A stretch of 63,467 nucleotides of DNA, filler included, from Sphacelaria rigidula (Eukaryota), in NCBI GenBank assembly GCA_964200075.2. It is 8 parts of 8 records of this genome, joined end to end, with 100 filler letters (N's around TTAATTAATTAA, not from the genome) between each part and the next. Parts side by side here need not be neighbours in the genome. Positions count along the whole stretch, not along the records: positions 15,895 to 23,740 come from CAXNAA020013257.1; positions 23,841 to 31,686 come from CAXNAA020013258.1; positions 31,787 to 39,632 come from CAXNAA020013259.1; 5 more parts are not named here. One strand, 5' to 3'. The number at the start of each line of letters is the position of its first letter. Position 1 is the first letter of the stretch. The notes beneath the pieces were generated by a model. It worked only from the letters and a program-made list of their open reading frames with translations. It was not told the origin of the DNA and searched no databases. Of this stretch, positions 23,545-34,981 are shown in pieces. The translations under genes and the position numbers were made by a program.

Positions 23545-26500
23545 ACGTGTTAAAAGTATGCGTGGTCAATGGTCAAATGACCAAGCCGAGCAACAAATGA
23601 GTACGCCCCCCTCCCTTCCACCTCAAAGGTCATATTTCCTCTGTCCCATAAGTCCGTTATGTTCATACGAGCCCTTAACGGTGTCCGATTTGATTTCCGA
23701 TTCTTTCATTGCATTCGTTAGCGCTTTTTGAGCTAAACACNNNNNNNNNNNNNNNNNNNNNNNNNNNNNNNNNNNNNNNNNNNNTTAATTAATTAANNNN
23801 NNNNNNNNNNNNNNNNNNNNNNNNNNNNNNNNNNNNNNNNATGACTATGGCATGCATGATCATGAGTACCCCCCCCCCCCCAAACCTCATGAGTACACCC
23901 CCCCCCCCTTATCGTAGCATGGCTCACACATTGTGATTTCAACGGTGAATTTTGAGCGGCTTCCATATCTTGTTTCGCTGTCGGCATCTGAAATACCGCA
24001 GTGAGGTTTCGGTCGACGTTACCCCTGCAAGAAATCAACAGTTTATGCTCGGCTTTGCTGGATGCTCGGTGTCCTAAAGTATATACATACTCCTCCTGCT
24101 GATAGCGTTATTGTACCTTTATGGCTACTAACGTAGGCACGGGCCGCCACTGAACGGTAGAGCAGCCCACAACAGCACGCCAATTCAGTCCGGACGAGAC
24201 CGATCCCATCGAGCAAGGAATCAAACATACGAGAAACAACCCGAAGTTATGAAACCCAAAGAAACGTCACGCACCCAGAATAGACCTGACCGAACGCACC
24301 CCATCCCCACCTTAACCAAAATGGCATATCACTCAAGTATAGCGATGCACTAAAGAAAAAGACTCCGGGAAAACACACACACACACACACAGGACTATGA
24401 ACCGACATGCGGGAACGGTTCATTAGAACCAGGAGAGGATTGCGACGACGATAGTCCCTGCTGCAACCCGGACACGTGCGAACTCGTGCCCAACGCGAGG
24501 TGAGGAGGAGAAGTTGAAACGCCTACCCATACAGCACACGCGACAGCACTCCACCGGTGTATCAAACACGCGATTTCGGAGCCTCTCATTTGGGGTTTCC
24601 CGCGCGCTAAACTGTGCATGGCTTAAGGATATTTTCTACTCCAGCGCGAGATCCGAAACACTAAAGGCTCAGGATGTATCAGCCGAAGACACCGAGCCTA
24701 TACTAGCTGACCGGCCCCGATGTGGACTTACCAGCGACGTATATACCGATACGCCGAAATCAGGTTAACTTGTTACACATACAAATGAATCGCCGTTGAG
24801 TGAGCTCTCCCACTGTAGTCATCTTCCATAGATCAAGACCGCAACGAGTCGGAGAAACGGATGCATTTTGGCGCAAAAGCAGGGCGGTCGGTCGATATGT
24901 TTCACGAATCCTCGGCGGACAAGTTCTGCGAGAACATCCCTCTTTGTCATAACGTGATGGTCATCCTCGTATACCTAGGTAATTGAAGCATCATGGAACC
25001 CTGATTCGTTTACATTTGCGTTATGAATTTCCTGGCTTCTTGTATGTTTTTTGCCCCTCGGAAACTGTCCAATTTATGACATGTGAGAAACGGTACGCCG
25101 AGAAAATGTCGTCCGAATTGCCTTGACGTGTTCAGTGGGTAAGCAATATGCGAGTTCGCACATGATACATTGTGTGTTAACTACAGTACGGCGACAACGT
25201 ACATAACGGCTCGAGCTACGCTGGAGCTCGTTCGCGTTTGCATTGTCCGCACTTGGTATAGACATTGACTTTCGACATCACGAGAGATACCGCGTGACCG
25301 GCAGATACGTGTAGTGGGGGGGTCCAAGTACACGTGACTACCGAAGTTCGACGGAAGCGGGAAAAAAATACCCAGCATGTTGGCGATTTTCAACGCTTCC
25401 CCAGCCAAACGTCAGCCGTTTGTGGCTTACTTTACGTGTCATACCTTACTCTACTCATACATGTTCAGGCAGGTTTTACCCCTGCGCTGCTGCATGAGTT
25501 TCGATAGGTACCCTCTTTCCCCCCCCCGATATGTGATGTTTTTTTACCGCCGGGTGCTATCACGTCCGTGGATATGCGCGGGACGGCGAGCTGCACAAGA
25601 GGGGAGCAGTAAATCGCGAGGCGTGGCCAGCACTACCCCATCTATTTTCGTTGTCTACGCGATGGCGACCGAATAGCGCCCATCCTCCAGCGCGTTGTCC
25701 AAGGTGTTTCATTGCATCATTTCATAGAATGCTCACTTACCCCGGACGGCAACACTCTGTGGACACATGACACACAGGTGTTCGCAGGGACCAGAGTGGG
25801 CACAGTGGTCGTCAGGGTCAAGAACTGCTGCGGAGAATTGGCAGGCACAGTGCTGCACTAGCGACTGCCAGTTCGTGTCTTCGTCCACCCTTTGCAAGGT
25901 AAGGTGCCCATGCAGAATGTGTTTTTTGAGTGCAAGGGCGATTAATTTTGTTCATATAAACTGCAGGGAAAGGCCGGAAGCTTCTTGGGGATGAGATCCG
26001 TGTTTCAGGAAGCGCTCGCCAGCGGCGAGGGTTGTGGAGACGCTCCTGGTTTGTCCACTTTCAGCTATTGAGAACGGAATCGCGCTTTACAACGCTGCGG
26101 GGGCACATGAAAATAGTAACCCCACTGTGGGGCGTAGCTGAGCTACCCCAGATATGGACATTTTTGAAACAAACACACAACATCATGTATGACATTTAGT
26201 CACTGTCTTCAACCGACCACAGAAACGCAAGAATGAGGTGAGCGTGACGTTTGTCCCGTGTTTTTTCAAACAAAAATAAGTATGCTTGTAGACACTGTGT
26301 TTCACGTTCTCAGGATTGTCGTCCTTGTTTTAGCCACCGACTCATGCTGACGAAAACATCTCGAAACACGGCCAGTTGGGGGCTGGCGGCTGTTTTTCGG
26401 GAATCCGCCTACGTAGGGTAGCGGGCGAACACCAATTACCAAAAATGACCTTCGACAGAAAAGCGCCGAAGGTTTACATCGGACACAGCCAAGGAAGGGC

Positions 26501-26849
26501 CAGTGTGAGCGTCACCAAGCGAACGTTTGGAACAGAGAGAGTGTTATTCTTCGCTGTAGTTTCGACCTTCGGACAAACAGAAAGTTAGCGGCGGGACCAC
26601 AGCTATCTCCATAAGTCAGAGCCTTTGGGACGGGGGGGCGTGGTGGTATCCCGCTGCTCCCTGGGTACTAAGTGAGAGGAGTACGGCACTCGCCGGATCT
26701 CACCCCCTCCCCCCAGACCTCGTCGAGTTTCGACTGTCGGGGCCTTGGGGTCGAAACAAGCGCACGGAAACTCTGGACGGAACTCAATATCCCTGCCCTC
26801 GATCAAACATGCAACCATGACGATCTGCCCCTGCTAAGTTTTGTCGGAC

Positions 26850-27655
26850 GCATTACAACACAGGTTCCCGGTGGCTCATCTAACGGCGTCTGCAGCAATG
26901 GGGGTTGCCGGCGCGGGCACATGGCGACTCTCAACTTTAACAGGCAAGCGGAATGAAACCGACCGAGGGCGACGTCCAGTCATGCGACACGATCTCAGCG
27001 CCAAGGGTGCGTTGAGACGTCCCGCACATTGTCTCGATACTATCAGGGCCTCAACAGTGCCAGGTCTCCATATCAGAGCGCGTGGGAGCAATAGCTTCCT
27101 ATAATGACGGGTCCGCCAGAATAAACGTCGTGAGCCACTATATTTGCAGGGCAGGCTGACCTCAAGCTTGAGCATCCGTTCGCGTCCTTCATTTCACGTA
27201 CAGTGTTTTTAGAGGATCTTCAGGGTGTCGCCGCTTGTTGAGCGCGCTTGTTGAGTCAACGGCGGGACTACGGGGTAAGGATAGTGAGGATATCGTCTGT
27301 GGGAACGGAACACGTGCGCGGTGGACCATGTCCGATGGTGGTTTTTACTCTGCGGGTCTTCTTCTCACGTTCTCAGAGCACCGTGCAGCGCGTGCCTGCG
27401 GATTTTGCGATGCTGTGAGCTTGCTTCCCCTCCATCGTTTGGAACCAAAGACCCGGACGATCTTAGAAACAACGGGCACCAGCGCGCTCAAAATATAAGG
27501 ATGACCTAGACGTATGCGCCCAACATATGAGAATGCCAGATGACGACGCGGCCTTACAGGCAGACACAACAATACCCAGCATCAAACAAGAAGGGCCCAA
27601 CTCGCCTCGTTCGGATATGTCAAGTCACTGCATCGAACCATGTCTTTTTCGCCTT
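26850..27655 (+). pseudogene. Possible decayed KDZ (Kyakuja-Dileera-Zisupton)-like transposase C-terminus
   Basis: Frameshifted pieces GVAAC, CPMVVF/YSAGLLLTFSEHRA and FCDAVSLLPLHR loosely follow the KDZ order GxxxxC...PxxVxYDxACxL...FxxDxFH. Heavily degraded. Confidence 0.28.
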
Positions 27656-27879
27656 TAAGCCCTTCGATGGAGAACTCCTGGTCTGCACACACACGCCATC
27701 CCCTCCCCTCCCCCCCCGTTTTCCGTCTTGCCCTCACTCTCCCCCTCCACCCCCGTTTTCCGTCTTGCCCTCACTTTCCCCCTCCACCCCCCGGCACCCT
27801 TCGTAGTACAGCTGTGGAATGTGCTGTCATTCAAATGCCATACCAAAATCCTAATATATCAGAGTTTCGACGTGCCTAG

Positions 27880-28260
27880 TACGCTGATGAGCTTTCCCGT
27901 TCCCTCGCCCAGCGGTTGTCTCCCCCCTTGCCCCACCTGCCCCGCTTGCCGTGCCCACTCTGCAGTTACGAAGTGTGCAGTAATAAATCCCCCGACTTCA
28001 ATCCGTGCGTGGAGCACTATCGGACTTTGGGAAATGTCGACGATGCCACCCGCGACAGTTCCACGGAATGTGTCGAAGACACGGGGCATTCGTTGCCTCG
28101 GGGTACCGTGTGCGATGACGAACACTACAGGTGAGCTGAACCCCGGCGGTAGTACACCTTGTTTCACTGTAGTTATGGTGAGGCCCTCAGGTGAAGCACT
28201 CGGTGAAATGATCTCGATTACTGTGTATCCCGTCCTGCGACCAGAAACTTTGCCAATAGT
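27880..28260 (-). CDS. Orphan coding-like segment (exon or TE accessory ORF)
   Basis: About 120 stop-free codons with globular composition (..QGVLPPGFSSPVVFVIAHGTPRQRMPRVFDTFRGTVAGGIVDISQSPIVLHARIEVGGFITAHF..). No family recognised. Confidence 0.3.
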
Positions 28261-28860
28261 AATTCACCCCTTACTGATATGAAGCACATATGTATGTCCA
28301 ACTAAGATTACGTGCGAACGCTCCCGTGCAAGCGGGACAATTAGACCTACTCTTAAAATAGTACACTTAACAAACCCCTCCAGCTTCACGTCACCCTGCG
28401 ACATTTTTCATTTTCGAAGGCTTGATGAGATAGTGCAATGTTTTCCCATCACCGTTCACGTTCGACGAGGGTGAGACTGCCTGAAAGTATGCGCGTAATA
28501 GGCAATACGCGGAGCCCTGATGGTGGATCTGACACTTCGATTCTGAAAAACGGAAATTTCAACTATACATGCATACACGCGATGAACACAGGTAGGTGAC
28601 ACCAGTCTGCAGAACGCAAGAAGAGCGTATCTGTTCCCTTCGGGCTAGAGTTTTCTCTGGATCATGCTGCTGTATATGTGTGGTTGTATTGCGCAAAACA
28701 CACAATACCGTAAGGTTGATCAGGTTGTGCAATGATTTTCCATCACGGTTCATCTTAGACGAGGACAAGATTACACATTGACCCAGCTATATGTGCAACA
28801 CGCTCACGTTGAAACGGTATGACGCGATTAGTTCTCCTTTCAGCGTAGGCGTCCAATCAG

Positions 28861-30200
28861 TGAGAGCGTAAGCAAGAACAATAACAAATTGCAGCTCACC
28901 ACCCGGCTCTTTTTTCGCAGGTCTTTCTTTACTTCGATTTCAATCAACAATAGTCATAGACGCGGTGTTTGTTGTTACCTGTTTGCAGCCATCCGCACGG
29001 CGCTTTTTTCGTTGGCCTTCCTGTGTCCGTTAGATTCGATTTCCCGGGGTTCGGGGTTGGGTAAAAATAACAGCCGATTTCCCGCGGTTCGCTGAATTTT
29101 GGAACCGAATTTTATTGTCTCTGTTCCGGCCGTCTATTTTTTGGTAAATTGGACTGGTGGTCCTGATGTTTTGATTATGAAAAACGGAAACTTCAATCTT
29201 ACGTGCATGCACGACCAAAACGCAAAAAAAGCATCGATCTTTCCTTCAGTCTGGAGTTGTCTTTGGACCACATTTGGCTGTTTATGTGCAACACACTCAA
29301 GTTGAAGCGGTGACGCGATTGGTTTTCCTTACAGCACATTTTCGTCCAATCAGGCCGTGTCTCAGGACACGAATTTTCGATCGAAAAAATGCGGTGGAAA
29401 ACAAAAATCCTGATCTGATAGGTCGTAAATTCAACAATCGTCGAAAGTTTTGAAGATGGTTAAAATCACAACCCCTCAGTTCGGGATTTCTGTTTCCCAC
29501 CGCACAATTTCGATCGGAAACTAACGTGCTTAGACAGGGCCTCGGTGAGGGCCTGTCTTAGGACACGAATTTTCGATCGAAAAAGTGCGGTGGAAAACAA
29601 AAATCCTTTATCTGATAGGTCATGATTTCAACCATCTTTGAAATTAACGACGATGGTTGAAATCACGACCTATCAGATCGGGATTTTTGCTTCCCACCGC
29701 ACTTTTTCGATCGAAAACTCATGTGCTAAGACAGGGCCTGAGAGCGTAAGCAACAACAACAAAACAAATGCTTCGATTTCTCGGAGTTCGGTGGAGCTTT
29801 TACTCGCATGTTTTTGTTTTTTTGTCTCTTCCCGGGTTGTCTATCATTTGGCAACCGCAGCCTTCATTGTTAATGATCAACACACGACGTTCAAACGGCA
29901 ACGCGATTATATTTCCTGACACCATACTACGCGTCTGACTCGTGTAAGCGCGGCATACGCGTGCGTAATATCAATATGATTTCAATCAACAACAATCATA
30001 GACGCTGTGGTTGTTGTTACCTGTTTGCAGCCCTCCACGGGGTGCTTTTTTCGTCGGCCTTTCTGTGTTCCTTAGATTCGATTCCCTGGGGTTCGGGGTT
30101 CGGTGAATTTAGCAGCCGATTTCCCGCGGTTCGGTGAATTTTGGAGCAGACTTTTAGTGTCCCTGTCCTGACCGTCTATTTTATGGTAAATTGCGGACCA
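28861..30200 (+). repeat. Diverged direct duplication (~28861-29160 vs ~29739-30200) flanking two MITEs
   Basis: TGAGAGCGTAAGCAA at 28861 and 29739. GATTTCAATCAACAA...TTGTTGTTACCTGTTTGCAGCC...TTAGATTCGATT...GGGGTTCGGGGTT occurs twice. Confidence 0.8.
29353..29738. mobile_element. Two adjacent ~190-bp hairpin MITEs of one PIF/Harbinger (Tourist)-like family (29353-29541, 29549-29738)
   Basis: Each copy is almost fully palindromic with GG(G/C)C(C/G)TGTCT...AGACAGGGCC ends. The second is flanked by TGA/TGA (3-bp TSD), the first by TCA/TCG. Confidence 0.8.
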
Positions 30201-30840
30201 TGCTTGGGTTATTTGCGAGGTTCGGTGAATTTCGGAACGGCGATTTCTTCTTGTCTCTTTCCGCCAGGCTGTCTCTGGCTTGGGTAAATTTTAGAGCACG
30301 TATATATTTTTCGTTTTCCGTTGTTCCAACGTAGTTTTTTCGTCACAGTGCTCCGTTTGAAAAGGTAAAGAAAATCGCGCGAAGGAACGGGTCAAACATT
30401 ACGCGTACGCGTGCGCGTGTGCTCTCCCCGCCTTTCAGATCACAATTAAAAAATAGCAAAAAACGAAAGACTCACATCGATTATGTCCTACTTCTCCTCC
30501 TTAAGGACGCACTTCCGACAACAGAAGGAATGGTCAACGCCAACCTTCACTTTCTGTTTATCAACATGTGTCTCCTTAGGTAGTACCCGCTTTCCGTTCC
30601 GGTCAACTCCCACGACCTTCTGCTGTGTCTTGCTTTCAGTATTCACTGTTTGCCATAGTAAGTAAGAGTTTATATTCAGCAGTGATGTCTGTGTTCTTCT
30701 TAGAGCTATCCGTAGATGTGCTGAGATGTTGCCAGAGTCAATAGACGTCATCGGTTGAGCTTTCTTCGTACATTGTCGTTGTACAATCGGAGGTTGAAAC
30801 GCAAAGTTTGAGGGATATTTCGACGTGCAGAAGGGACGAC

Positions 30841-30841
<1 letters not shown>

Positions 30842-30882
<41 letters not shown>
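30842..30882. repeat. (AC)n microsatellite
   Basis: Seen directly. Confidence 0.95.
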
Positions 30883-30883
<1 letters not shown>

Positions 30884-32359
30884 CAGACGTTTTCCTCGCG
30901 GGGGGTATTCGTCCATGTGGTCCGTCATAACCGCAGTATATGAAGTCGCGTTCTTTTCGCTTACTCATGTACAATAGCTTCTTCGTGAAATGCCGAATGT
31001 TGTATAGACATATGCTGGAGCAAATTTCAACCACAGTTGTACACGCAGATGTTACTCTTTCGTAAGCAAAATATCAACTTCTGAGCAAACTCCTACTTTT
31101 GGAGAACGAATCCACATATAGCACACTTTCATAACCGATGCACACGTCAAATCTCTGGCTAAACTTCTTGATAGGAGTCATTACCTTCACCATCTCCCAA
31201 TTAAATGAATTCCTCTCCACGCCTCTCGTGGAGGACGGGGCCGCCGATAGGCGGCCCCGTCCGATCCTTATATACATATATATATATATATATATACGTA
31301 TGTGGCTTATTTTACAGTAGAAGACCTACAATTCCGGAGGAATCTCCCACGACGTTTGGCGAAACACTTCGACAGATACCATATTGGTCACCACAGTAAA
31401 TGCTACGCACTGTTCAAGAACCACTATCATCAAAAAGCGAATGAGAAATCATGTAAAGGTTGTTGGGCAAAAATGATCGGGTATGAGGCGTGCTTTCCTA
31501 TTTTCCAACAAGTTGGTCGCAAACCTTGTCAGTAGTATCGTATTTCCCTTGCTCTATTCCAAAAAGCAGCACAATCGTACCACCCTTGAGTACACTAGAC
31601 ACTTTCTACGATATCCCCCCCCCCCCCCCCCCACCCCCCCCCCCCCCACCCCAGAACGAAAACACGCCCAAAAGAAAGACATAACANNNNNNNNNNNNNN
31701 NNNNNNNNNNNNNNNNNNNNNNNNNNNNNNTTAATTAATTAANNNNNNNNNNNNNNNNNNNNNNNNNNNNNNNNNNNNNNNNNNNNAAAAAATTGGCTCA
31801 AACGTCCCAAAAGTGAACAATCCGTGGGCCAAAAATCTGTGTGCCACAACATCCGGCCTTAGATCCTGGAACTTTGCATACATATGCTATGTGTCATTAC
31901 GCAACTTTCTACGGACGATGTTTCTTCACTTCTTGAGGTTTTCACCATTTTTCGGGGTCCGACGGGAGCCAAGTCGTTTTTCACAGTAGTCTCCATTCTG
32001 GAACCCCGGAGCACCACGTTTTTTTTATTCATTTTTTCGCGCACGATTTGTCGCCGCATAATGCCAACTCTTATGGGAGCGTTTGGAATTTATTTTGCAA
32101 CAATTTCAGAGTTTTTTTTCTTTCTTCGTCATCATGGTGAACGGGCGCGAAATACACTAGTACGGCAAAGAAGAAAAAAAAAGTCGTTTGACATTATTGC
32201 ATAATAAAATTCTAAACGCTCCCACGAGAGTATGCCTGACCCGAGAAAGAACCCCACAAAATTTCGTCGCAAAACTCGATGAACTGATGCTTGAATTTTC
32301 ATGTTCACGTCAAAGACGGCCCAAAAACCCCGTTTTGGTACGAAAATAAAGTAGTTTGC

Positions 32360-32713
32360 GGTTTCACCGCGGTACGCCAAGGTTTATGGCACAGAAGCGA
32401 AAAACCTCACGCCTTTTTAAGGAGTTGGACCCTGAAATTTTGCACAGCTATTCTATGAGTGGTTTCGCAACTTTGGAAGAACGAGTTAAAAAAAAAAAAA
32501 TGTCGTTTTACGTGGGTCCGATTGGATCGATGTTTTCTCAAAATAATGGGCACACCCGACAAATGGTGAAAAAAATAAACAGAAAAAAAAAAAGTCGTTC
32601 TTCGGAAGTTGCGGAATGACCCATAGAACATCTGCGCAAAATTTCAGGGTCTAACTCTTTGAAACGGCGTGAGGTTTTGCCGATGAGTGTTTTTCGGGTG
32701 ATCGCCGTGAACC
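32360..32713. mobile_element. MITE with long imperfect inverted repeats
   Basis: AAAACCTCACGCC...GACCCTGAAATTTTGC...GAAGAACGA at ~32401-32485 is inverted at ~32593-32678. Confidence 0.75.
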
Positions 32714-33532
32714 AGCTCGTACAGTCGCTTTCTCGAGGTTCCTGCACCCGATTGAGCAACAGCCATAGCTCGAGCCATAGCTGTTGATAGGTTGAGGACG
32801 ATCTTCCTGGCTTCGTTCGAATCATTTCAACAGTGGGTGAGACCCGGGTCATCTTTGTAACAACCCCCTCACCCCTGCCCAAATGCAAGAAACACGTCCA
32901 CACACGGTCAACAACTGAACCATGTCACTCGAGGAACTGTTTTGGCACGCGAATGACCGCTTCTCCTCCAATACTATAGTAGAAAGATCTTGCAGTGAAC
33001 CAAAAACCGCTGGCGTGTAGACAAGCAAGGTCTACGAGCAGCGTCATTTGCATTTCGCTCGCGCTGCGGATGGTGTCTTGCGCGTGCGTGATTTGGGTTC
33101 GGCTGCTTGGATATCACTGAGTTTTTTATTTTCAAAACACGGCCCTCGTGCTGGACGCCCGTTTTTTTTCTTTCGAAATAGAAGTACCAGTGTCGTTGTG
33201 GTCACATGCGGAGTTCAAGTCGGTTTATTGTACGCTCATATTCGACTTCACGGTCGACGAGGGAAAGGGACGGCCTGGCTCTTCTCGCAATAAAAATGTA
33301 AGCAAGCACCGGAGAAGGCGAGTGGAGTACTGGAAAAAGGGGAAAATGATTAATGAGGGGGGGAGGGGGGAGGGGGGGGGGGCTCCTGTGTGACCCGGCT
33401 GATGCGCCCGCATATCCCGAAATATGTAGACTGGCGTCCATAATAGATGAGATTACGAAACACACCCACAGGGTACAACGATGCGGGTCACGCCATCCCG
33501 AATAGATCCAGCGTTCCCGGCACGCCTGTTTT

Positions 33533-33903
33533 TTGTTCCCAAGATGTTGCCTGCTGTACATCGCTGTACACCCATTGCTTGGCCGAGTTTTGTCGTGGTG
33601 TAGTCGCGAGCTCTACGTCACACATCGTCACCGCAGCAATCTTCCACCTGAGGGTGCATGCGACTTGACACGCTCTGTGAAACGCAACCATTTTGTTGCC
33701 GGTACTGTACACGTGAAAGAAAAACCCAACCACGGCAATCAGCGGCCGTGTGATGCCTTGCTTGTGCTTCGTGCGACTGACGATCAAGTGAGCTCCTTGT
33801 TTTTTCTCTCTTTTCTTTATGTTTTTGGCTTTGTGTGCGTGTGACTACCGTGTGTGGCTATTTATTTATTTTTGTGATTTCCGTTTATTGTTGTTGTTTT
33901 TGT

Positions 33904-33937
<34 letters not shown>

Positions 33938-34160
33938 GTTGTGTTTTTTTTTTTTTCTTCACTTTACTTCTCGCGCTCTGTCTGCCAGTCTGTTTCCGTA
34001 TCTCTCTCTTTTTCGTGCAGCTGGAACCCTTGACCCTTCGGGAAGTCGCGGAAAACAGTGAAAACTTTGATATGCGAGATTTGGTCACCGGGAAACGTCA
34101 CTTCGAGTTCGGTCGACGAATCCGTCACATTAATATACTTGAACTGAGAATGGTGCACCC
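33533..34160 (+). CDS. Two putative exons of unknown function (ending 33787; starting 34021)
   Basis: CAA|GTGAG donor at 33787/33788 and a pyrimidine-rich TGCAG acceptor at 34020 join in phase 0: ..LLVLRATDDQ|LEPLTLREVAENSENFDMRDLVTGKRHFEFGRR. The intron contains a (GTT)n tract. Outer boundaries are uncertain. Confidence 0.4.
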
Positions 34161-34981
34161 CCTTGGTGGGGTGCATCATCAACACTTGCACAAAAATAAC
34201 CATATCGTGCCCAAGAAAACGTCAATTGTAAATCGTCATTTTTCAACCAACGGTTCCAAAAGGGTCAAGGTGGTTATCTAGCACTTCTCGTCTGCAATAT
34301 TATACCTGTGCCGATGAGTAGTGCAATGCCCTACTGTCCCCGCTGAGTATTTACACTGTGCTGCGTTTTTTGCCGAAGGGAGCGAATCGTTCTAACGTCG
34401 GACGAATGATGCTTCGTCTGGAAAGGGCTTGATTTTAGCCTTTGACCGCGCGGGGAGGTCGTCTGGCTTTGCAGTCATTTTTTCAAGTTAAATTGGTGCT
34501 GATTCAACCGATGATCTATTCTCGCGGGCAATGGGTCAGGTGTCATTGATTCGTGCCGTAGGAATTCATCAATCTGCGGGCTTTTTTGTTTTCAGCGTTA
34601 CACTCCACGCACGCGGAAGAAGTCGAAGTTTGCGTTGGGACATTTTCTGATCCACAATATATACATATATACATATATATATTCTTGTTTTCGAGAAACT
34701 AGACCGAAAAAATCACGCCCTGCGTAAAAAGGCTCATTGACGAGAATGCACCGCGTACAAAATGAAACCTTTTTGTCTATTATTGCAACAATAGATGGGG
34801 AAAAAATCGATACCAGTGTTGTCTTTTGTCCAGCGTGTTCAAAACACTTTACCGTAGATTTTGGTGATACGAACCGTGTGATTACTCGTCGGACGTTTGG
34901 AAGTGATACCGCGCACCCCCAACCCCCCCCCCGCACGCACGCAAATCAGTACCTTCACCATGTTTCCCACTGCTTCCCCCG

